From an uncultured delta proteobacterium (GTDB taxonomy: Bacteria; Desulfobacterota; Binatia; UBA9968), in assembly GCA_963771465.1 (NCBI GenBank), contig CAVYTU010000017.1, positions 320,001-384,000 of the forward strand: DNA of 64,000 nucleotides, in the 5' to 3' direction. The notes under the pieces were generated by a model. The model saw only the letters and a program-made list of their open reading frames with translations, was not told where the DNA came from and searched no databases. Positions 57,905-64,000 of the stretch are shown here, one piece after another; position 1 is the first letter of the stretch, and each line of letters begins with the position of its first letter. Both the position numbers and the translations under genes were made by a program.

Positions 57905-58381
57905 ATGAACACAAAGTGTAGAGTCGCTTTATTGGCCGCCGGTATCGTTTCGTTACTGGCATTTAGCGTTCCCAACCGCGCCGACGCCGATGCGCGCAGC
58001 CGTTCGAGAGATCTCGAGCGGCGTGCTGCCCGAGCTCAACAGAGTGCGCGGGGAGAATTGCATAAAGACCGAGCGGAACTACGCCGCGATCAAGCCGAGC
58101 TTGAGCGGGATCGCGCCGACTTGCGTCGGCTCTATCGTCGTGGCGCGAGCCGGTCCGAAATCGAGCGCAAAAAGGAAGAGATTCGCCGGGATGCCGCCGA
58201 GATCGCTCAGGGCCGACGAGAGATCAGAGACGACCTCGGACAGCTGCGAACCAATTCGGACCGATATGGTTACGGCTGGGGCAACGATAGCTGGAACCGT
58301 AATGATAACGGCTGGTGGGGCTGGGGCAATGGCCGTGCGGACAATCGCGATCGATGGGGCCGGGGTTACGGCCGCGACTAA
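57905..58381 (+). CDS. Secreted Arg/Glu-rich coiled-coil protein with Gly/Trp/Asn-rich tail
   Basis: AAGGAGG RBS; signal peptide; repeats of ELxxDRxxLRR; C-terminal GYGWGNDSWNRNDNGWWGWG. Confidence 0.75.
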   Translation: MNTKCRVALLAAGIVSLLAFSVPNRADADARSRSRDLERRAARAQQSARGELHKDRAELRRDQAELERDRADLRRLYRRGASRSEIERKKEEIRRDAAEIAQGRREIRDDLGQLRTNSDRYGYGWGNDSWNRNDNGWWGWGNGRADNRDRWGRGYGRD

Positions 58382-58425
58382 CCTGGCCTGATAAAAACTC
58401 TGCTCAATTCGCTACTACCAAACTG

Positions 58426-58457
58426 CTGGGAGATGGGGATTCAACTCCATCTCCCAG
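58426..58457. terminator. Stem-loop after the 57905 gene
   Basis: CTGGGAGATGG...CCATCTCCCAG stem. Confidence 0.5.
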
Positions 58458-58467
58458 TTCCCCATTG

Positions 58468-58497
58468 TTGACTTCGTATTCATGACCACCTTATAAC
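58468..58497 (+). promoter_or_regulatory. Candidate sigma70 promoter
   Basis: TTGACT-N18-TATAAC upstream of 58525. Confidence 0.45.
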
Positions 58498-58524
58498 CGA
58501 TGAGATATTTCTCTTCGGAGGTTC

Positions 58525-59706
58525 ATGGTGATCATCGATTGCGATACCCACCTCATGCCGCGCGACGCTTTTGACAGCATCGACGGTGAATGGGCAACGA
58601 GCAAGCCCAAACTTCAATTCGACGACCAAGAGCTTTATGTCAATGTCGATTTCCCCGGTTATCCAGCCGAGGTGCAGGGTACGAGTCCGCTGTTGGCGCC
58701 GGGTTCAGGTGCAATGTTCAAAAGCTTATGGGACCCCGAGTCACGGATGGCGGATTACGATAACCGCCTTGGCATCGAGCAGCATGTTGTCTTGCCGCAA
58801 TTTTCCGGTTGGTGGTCTTACCTGATCGAACCCGAGCTCGCCTGCCGCATGGCACGATCGCACAATGAAGCGCTGCTGCGCTTGATGAAAGACTATCCGG
58901 GCCGCATCCTGGGGGTCGCACTCATTCCGTTGCAAGATGTCCCAGCTGGGATCCGCGAAATGGAATGGGCGATGGACAATGGTTTTTGCGCCGTCGTCCT
59001 CGATAAAGTTTATCCCGTGAAAGAGCACGCCTACAGCGAGCCGTTGGGCAGCCATCGCGAGCTCTGGCCGTTCTTCAAGCGCTCGCAAGAATTGTCGGTG
59101 CCGATTTATCTGCACAACGTGCAGCACGGCCACCGCATGAGCAACCTTTTGCCGTTTCAACGTGACGGGCTTTACATCTTCGCGCCGCAGGAAGGGCAGA
59201 TGAGCTTGGTGTCGCTGATCACCAGCGGTCTGCTCGATGAGTTTCCAAAATTGCAATTCATCTTCACTGAGGCCGGTACGTCGTTTATCAAACCTTTGGT
59301 TGAGCGCCTGGACAAGGTTCTAGAATCGCCGCCGGTCGATTACGACGATCAAGAAATGCCGTTGTCGAACCGCCAGCTCTCCAACGTCGGTGAACGGCTG
59401 CGCCGCGCGCGCGCGCTTTACCCAGCGCATATTTTTCTGGAGAAGAATAAAAAGCCGGCGAGTTATTACTTCAAGAATAATTTTTACTTCACCATCGAGA
59501 CCGAAGAGCCGGAGCTGGTAGAGGCGATTAAATTCCTCGGCCCCGAACGATTTCTCTTCGCCACCGATTATCCGCACGACGATCCCGGCGGCAGAATGAA
59601 GTTTGAGGATGTTAGACTGTTGAGAGAGAATCCCAAAATCTCAGAAGAAGCCAAGGAAATGATTCGCTGGAAGAATGCCCAGCGGTTGTTTCGACTGCCA
59701 GCGTGA
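58525..59706 (+). CDS. Amidohydrolase-2 family protein
   Basis: IDCDTH, IYLH, TEAG, FATDYPH and NAQRLF motifs. Confidence 0.88.
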   Translation: MVIIDCDTHLMPRDAFDSIDGEWATSKPKLQFDDQELYVNVDFPGYPAEVQGTSPLLAPGSGAMFKSLWDPESRMADYDNRLGIEQHVVLPQFSGWWSYLIEPELACRMARSHNEALLRLMKDYPGRILGVALIPLQDVPAGIREMEWAMDNGFCAVVLDKVYPVKEHAYSEPLGSHRELWPFFKRSQELSVPIYLHNVQHGHRMSNLLPFQRDGLYIFAPQEGQMSLVSLITSGLLDEFPKLQFIFTEAGTSFIKPLVERLDKVLESPPVDYDDQEMPLSNRQLSNVGERLRRARALYPAHIFLEKNKKPASYYFKNNFYFTIETEEPELVEAIKFLGPERFLFATDYPHDDPGGRMKFEDVRLLRENPKISEEAKEMIRWKNAQRLFRLPA

Positions 59707-59735
59707 TAGCGAATCATTGAGAAGGCTGAATCGAC

Positions 59736-60224
59736 GTGGCAATTCCAGAACGTTACAATACGGGCTACAACATCGGCGTCGGCGGCGCCGTGGTGCGCGA
59801 TGACAAGCTGCTGTTCATCCGGCGCGCGTCGCGGCACGGGCGCGGCAATTGGCAATTGCCCGGCGGTTTCATCGAGCCGGACGAGACGGTCGAGCAAGCC
59901 GTTGTTCGTGAAGTTCACGAAGAATCCGGTGTCGTCGCTGAAGTAGAAGCCGTGCTCGGCCTGCGCAGCCGCTACGATCCCGACAGCGGCAATGGCATTT
60001 ACGTAATTTTGCTCTTGCGACCGATTAGTGGCGAACCCAGAGCGGATGGCCATGAGACCGATCATGCGGAATATTTCACTCTCGATCAGATTAGTAAGCT
60101 TGTCCCGCTCCCGCCGGTCAATTGGGAGATTGCCCAGCGCGTGCTCTCGCCCGATCGGCGCCTGCTCAATCCCAAACCCTTGACCAATCTCAACGGCGCT
60201 AAGTTCACGTTATTTGTCGGCTAG
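59736..60224 (+). CDS. NUDIX hydrolase
   Basis: Nudix box GGFIEPDETVEQAVVREVHEESG. Confidence 0.9.
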   Translation: MAIPERYNTGYNIGVGGAVVRDDKLLFIRRASRHGRGNWQLPGGFIEPDETVEQAVVREVHEESGVVAEVEAVLGLRSRYDPDSGNGIYVILLLRPISGEPRADGHETDHAEYFTLDQISKLVPLPPVNWEIAQRVLSPDRRLLNPKPLTNLNGAKFTLFVG

Positions 60225-60230
60225 ATCTAA

Positions 60231-60285
60231 TCGTGACTCGTGATCGTGCTCGTGAAATTTACGAATCACGAGCCACGATCACGAA
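60231..60285. repeat. Inverted TCGTGA/TCACGA short tandem repeats between convergent genes
   Basis: TCGTGACTCGTGATCGTGCTCGTGA ... ACGAATCACGAGCCACGATCACGAA. Confidence 0.7.
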
Positions 60286-61725
60286 TTAGAATTTATACCT
60301 CGCCCGGTAGGTCAGTTTCGTCTCGCCGTCTTTCGCTACAGGGATTTCGAACTGGGCGGTGTGAGCTTCGACTTTCTTGTGCGTGTGCGAGCTTGTGAGG
60401 ATCTCCCAGTCACGCATCATCGGCTCGATGACGCTCACGGTCACCGGCTCGTCTTTGTGGTTGCGCAGGCTGATTTCAAAGGCGGCTTCGTAAAGGTTGT
60501 CGGCGATTTTGCGCCAGTCGGTTTGCTTGCGCTCGGCGACTACGTCGAAGGCATCGCCCATTTTAATCTTGATCATTTCATCTTTGGGCGTGTGGTCGAT
60601 GCGGTCTTCGCCGATAAATTGTAGACTGCCATCGCCGTCGGCCTTGTAGACACGCAACGTGCCTTTTGGCAGGGGCATCCCCAAGTTGTTGTCGTTTTTG
60701 TTAGCGAGCTCGACAAAGACCCCGACTTTCTGTTTAGGGATGCTGCTGGGATATCGGCTGTGAAAATACTGCGGCGAGCCGGAGAAGATATAGCGTTTGC
60801 TGACGGGAATGCGGTCGGCTGATAGCAGACTCACCTGCTTGGTTTGCTGGTTTTTGATCGTCGTCGGCCGTTGTAAGCTGTAAAGGTGATACTCAAAAAA
60901 AGCTTGCTCCGCGAACGGCGCCGGTGAGGCGACTTTGGATGCCAATTCCATTCGCTCGGCCATCGCATCACGCGCTCGGTACTCTTCGACGACCCGATTA
61001 AGATCGCCGGCTACCAGTTTTAGCCGTGCGTTCTGATAGGTCGCGCCGCTTTGATTGTCGAGGGTGACCCAGCCCGACAAGTCGAGATTCTTATCCTTGC
61101 TGTCGAGCACGGCGACGTAGTCGGCTTTCCAGTTGAGGCCGCGGGTCAGATAGCTCGCTTCGACTTTCTGTGCGTTGGCATTGCGGTTTTCCAGGGACCA
61201 GAGCAGCGTCGGCTGCGAGATTAGATTATTTGGAATACTTGGGAAGATCAGATTATGCGGCTGGCCGGTGAAAATGCGCCCGCCGAGTTTGTAAACTAAC
61301 CCTTCGTTGGTGCTGAGAATCGTGATCGGTACCTCGATGCCCTCTTTGAGCACCATGATCTCTTTGCCGACGAATTTCTCAATCAGCTTGCGCGGCGTGA
61401 GCAGATCGTACTCGTAGTTCTGTTCGAGCACATGCAGCTGACTCGGATTCGTCAACGACTTGATGTGCACGGTTTGCGGCATGATTTTGGCGGCGACTTC
61501 GCCGAAGCGAAGCTCGGTCAAGCCGCCCGGCAATGTCAGCTGGCGAATGTCTTTGATCAGGCCGATGTCGCTGTTATAGACTGTGACCGAGACACTTTCC
61601 TGATCGTTCAAGGTGGTGCTGATGGGCGCCATCTCCAGCCGGGAGCTGGCGGCAGCTGCGAGGGGCAGCGTGAAAATTCCGATGACAGTGAGAAGCAGAA
61701 CCCAGGCAAAAAAAACCTTTTTCAT
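60286..61725 (-). CDS. DUF4139 domain secreted protein
   Basis: Signal peptide; VTVYN, SYLTRGLNWKADY, LKLVAGD, LGMPLPKG and GEDRIDHTP motifs. Confidence 0.85.
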   Translation of the reverse strand: MKKVFFAWVLLLTVIGIFTLPLAAAASSRLEMAPISTTLNDQESVSVTVYNSDIGLIKDIRQLTLPGGLTELRFGEVAAKIMPQTVHIKSLTNPSQLHVLEQNYEYDLLTPRKLIEKFVGKEIMVLKEGIEVPITILSTNEGLVYKLGGRIFTGQPHNLIFPSIPNNLISQPTLLWSLENRNANAQKVEASYLTRGLNWKADYVAVLDSKDKNLDLSGWVTLDNQSGATYQNARLKLVAGDLNRVVEEYRARDAMAERMELASKVASPAPFAEQAFFEYHLYSLQRPTTIKNQQTKQVSLLSADRIPVSKRYIFSGSPQYFHSRYPSSIPKQKVGVFVELANKNDNNLGMPLPKGTLRVYKADGDGSLQFIGEDRIDHTPKDEMIKIKMGDAFDVVAERKQTDWRKIADNLYEAAFEISLRNHKDEPVTVSVIEPMMRDWEILTSSHTHKKVEAHTAQFEIPVAKDGETKLTYRARYKF

Positions 61726-61776
61726 CGCAACACCTCCGTGCCGGTCGAGAATCGGACTGTGAATTTCTTGTCCGAG

Positions 61777-61804
61777 TTAGACCGCGGCGGTGAGAAAAGG
61801 TTCG
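61777..61804 (-). promoter_or_regulatory. Candidate ECF sigma promoter for the DUF4139 gene
   Basis: Minus strand CGAACC-TTTTCTCACCGCCGCG-GTCTAA. Confidence 0.65.
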
Positions 61805-61811
61805 CAGCTCT

Positions 61812-62969
61812 TTAGCGCGATGATGCGGCGGAGTCGGGTTGCAGGATCGTTACTTTGATCAACAGATGGCGATCGTTTGGAAGAGAATTGTTTTCTTTGG
61901 CGTAGATTTTAGATTCGGACTCGATATTCGCTTCGGCCGCTAATTCCTTCTTAAATATCTCGAAGTGTTCGGGTGCGACATTGTAAAGCCTGATCTCGGC
62001 GAAAGACTCGATTTTAGGTGCGGCGGCTGGTGGTGCCGGGCGACGAGCGGCAAATCCCGGTGTCGTCGCATCGGCTTCGGCTGATTGCCGCACTGAGTCG
62101 ACACTCTCGAGGTGATCTCGCCGTTGCGCAGGACGGCGGCGCACGACGAATTCGAAGTCCGCAGTGCGATCGCCGAGAGGCAGCGAATTTTCTAAAGCCA
62201 TGGGCGCCGAGCGCGGCGCTAACTGCCGCAGGTCGCCGAATGGTAGGCCAATTCCGAAACCAAACGCGCCGCCGGACATCGGGCCCGCTTCGCGGCCGGT
62301 GGCGACTTCCAGAGCGCGGATGGGCGGCCTACGTGGCGCCTCTTTTCGCTCTTCGAGCCGTGATTCGACTTCAGCTTTTAACGCAGCCGGCGCTTGCGGT
62401 TGTTGGTTTGGCGCCGCTAACTTTGATAATCGCTCCCTTGGGGATGCGTCGGCCAGCGGCTTGGCAACTTCAGTCGGCGCTTGAACGATGGCTTGGGGTT
62501 TCTTCTCGGCGGCTGGACTGACTGGCGATGGCGTCAATGATTCACTAGTGGTTGCTTGCTCTTTTTCCTCTGTAGCCACGGGTGGCGCTGACTGCGAGGC
62601 CAAATTCATCGAGTTGTATGGTTTTAGCGGCTCTTCCTTTTGATACAGGAATACCGCCAAAACGGCGACGATCACCACGGCCGTGGCTTGCAGCGGAACC
62701 TTTAGGCTCCAGGATTGAAATAGCCATTGCCAGACGGTCGGCTTCTCCTCGACCTCCCGAACATGGGCCATGACACGCTGGGCGAAGCCGATCGGTAGAT
62801 CGAGCACCGGCAAGCTCGCAACTTGATCTATGCACTCGGCAATGTCGTTGGACTCAGCCCGGCAAAGCGGACAGGCGATGATATGGGTGGCGACGCGTGT
62901 CATGGTCGCAGTATCGAGCGATTGATCAAGATAATCTGAAAAATGATTTGCGACTTCTTCGCAGTTCAT
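61812..62969 (-). CDS. Zinc-finger (zf-HC2) transmembrane anti-sigma factor
   Basis: N-terminal C...HIIACPLC motif, one TM helix; overlaps the sigma stop (ATGA). Confidence 0.85.
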   Translation of the reverse strand: MNCEEVANHFSDYLDQSLDTATMTRVATHIIACPLCRAESNDIAECIDQVASLPVLDLPIGFAQRVMAHVREVEEKPTVWQWLFQSWSLKVPLQATAVVIVAVLAVFLYQKEEPLKPYNSMNLASQSAPPVATEEKEQATTSESLTPSPVSPAAEKKPQAIVQAPTEVAKPLADASPRERLSKLAAPNQQPQAPAALKAEVESRLEERKEAPRRPPIRALEVATGREAGPMSGGAFGFGIGLPFGDLRQLAPRSAPMALENSLPLGDRTADFEFVVRRRPAQRRDHLESVDSVRQSAEADATTPGFAARRPAPPAAAPKIESFAEIRLYNVAPEHFEIFKKELAAEANIESESKIYAKENNSLPNDRHLLIKVTILQPDSAASSR

Positions 62970-63544
62970 ACGGCTTTCCTTCCCGCGTAGAAGTAGGATG
63001 CCAATTCAGACTTAAGCGCTTGGCGCGCGCGATGCAAGCGCGACTTGACGGTTCCTACAGGTATTTCCAATAGCTGGGCGACCTCTTCATAGGGCACGTC
63101 TTGAAGGTCGCGCAAGAGAATCACGGTGGCGTCATCGGGTGATAAATTATTGAGCGCTTTTTGCACGTGTTCGCGGATTTCTTTCTTCTCCATGGTTTCG
63201 GAGGGGCCGGGTTGCGGGTCGCTCATGGGTTCGGTCATCTCCAATGAGACGTTCCGTTGCTTGCGGGTGTTAAGGTTCTTTCGCCGGGTTGTCGCATGAT
63301 TGAGCGCGATGCGGTAGAGCCATGTGGAAAAATTGGACTCGCCGCGAAACTGGCCGATGGCGCGATAGGCGGAAAAAAACACCTCTTGGGAGGTCTCCGC
63401 GGCTTCGTCGTAGTCGCCCAACATTCGATAGACCAAATTGAAGATCGTTTTCTCGTGGCGACGGACCAGTGTCTCAAAAGCATCGGTTTGTCCCCGCTGG
63501 AGCTTCCGGACGCACTCCGCGTCGCTGTTCGCTTCCGACACCAT
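62966..63544 (-). CDS. ECF RNA polymerase sigma factor (RpoE/SigW-like)
   Basis: AFETLV, FSTWLYRIALN and GTVKSRLHRAR motifs; ATG 63544 chosen because the longer start overlaps the promoter. Confidence 0.92.
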   Translation of the reverse strand: MVSEANSDAECVRKLQRGQTDAFETLVRRHEKTIFNLVYRMLGDYDEAAETSQEVFFSAYRAIGQFRGESNFSTWLYRIALNHATTRRKNLNTRKQRNVSLEMTEPMSDPQPGPSETMEKKEIREHVQKALNNLSPDDATVILLRDLQDVPYEEVAQLLEIPVGTVKSRLHRARQALKSELASYFYAGRKAV

Positions 63545-63557
63545 TGGTTCAGTGGAT

Positions 63558-63585
63558 TTAGACTTCGGGTTCAATGAAAGGTTCC
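63558..63585 (-). promoter_or_regulatory. Autoregulatory ECF sigma promoter
   Basis: Minus strand GGAACC-TTTCATTGAACCCGAA-GTCTAA, 13 nt upstream of the sigma ATG. Confidence 0.72.
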
Positions 63586-63752
63586 CATTTAATTGAGAAA
63601 TGGTGCGAATCAGTCGGCCATTTCAGGGTTTTTGGGCCGGACGGGCGGTTGTATACATAGAATTTGACATGCTGGCGGGATTTTTCAAGCTATCCAGCGG
63701 ACCGCTCGGCCGGGAGCGGGTTCGGGTTTAACCCGTGAATTTCGCACTAGCC

Positions 63753-64000
63753 TCATATCGGCTCGTTCCAAAGGTGGCTGAATTGTGTGGCGACGACCCG
63801 ATCGTATGCGACCGGCGCCGAAAGCAGGCCAATGTCTTGAGCGAAGCGGTTCATGCTTACGACTTTTTCCGTGGGAATATTGGCATCATAGTAGGGCAGA
63901 TCGCGACGCACCAGTTCGGCGATCAGTTCAGCTTCGGAAGGTGGAAAGCGTTTCCTGCCCACTACAGTAGCCGAATTCGGATCCGCCTTGAGCGCCTTGT
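63753..64000 (-). CDS. C-terminal part of a NitT/TauT-type substrate-binding protein (runs off the window)
   Basis: Open frame KALKADP...RRDLPYYDANI...YDRVVATQFSHLW*. Confidence 0.65.
   Translation of the reverse strand, partial: KALKADPNSATVVGRKRFPPSEAELIAELVRRDLPYYDANIPTEKVVSMNRFAQDIGLLSAPVAYDRVVATQFSHLWNEPI

Noticed and set aside
12869-60285. CRISPR array among the repeat clusters
   Set aside because: Units are 6-9 bp tandem or inverted repeats without regular unique spacers; no cas genes.

Overview
Gene-dense bacterial chromosomal window, GC-rich by eye, with about 58 CDS. I found no rRNA, tRNA, CRISPR array, integrase or transposase. The mix of orphan ABC/TctC solute-binding proteins, amidohydrolases, a Rieske oxygenase, LLM enzymes and UbiD resembles Candidatus Binatia-type soil bacteria; this is an inference. 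Main blocks: (1) 1-25.4 kb, a GntR-associated putative N-heterocycle catabolic region with pyrE, a deaminase-type amidohydrolase, an amidase plus small partner, a three-subunit xanthine-dehydrogenase-family Mo hydroxylase, a cyclic amidohydrolase, ABC parts, UbiD, MFS, GlcG and a triple-domain RidA. (2) 25.5-36.4 kb, scattered catabolic genes, a B12 radical SAM gene and a patch of gene remnants. (3) 36.7-39.9 kb, an LLM monooxygenase, a heme-oxygenase-like diiron protein and a DegT aminotransferase. (4) 41-44.8 kb, a beta-propeller/di-heme cytochrome c lipoprotein coupled to a lipoprotein hydrolase. (5) 45-51.4 kb, a carboxyltransferase, a Cys-less racemase-fold protein and a phthalate-like Rieske operon. 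(6) 51.5-57.7 kb, a redox block with a ParB-like protein, gor, a sigma54-driven diiron protein and a GlpC-like Fe-S protein. (7) 57.9-63.6 kb, an ECF sigma/anti-sigma/DUF4139 locus with three matching ECF promoters. Four otherwise intact genes carry single +1 insertions in short base runs, most likely long-read consensus errors. All family calls come from motif recognition by eye, without database searches.
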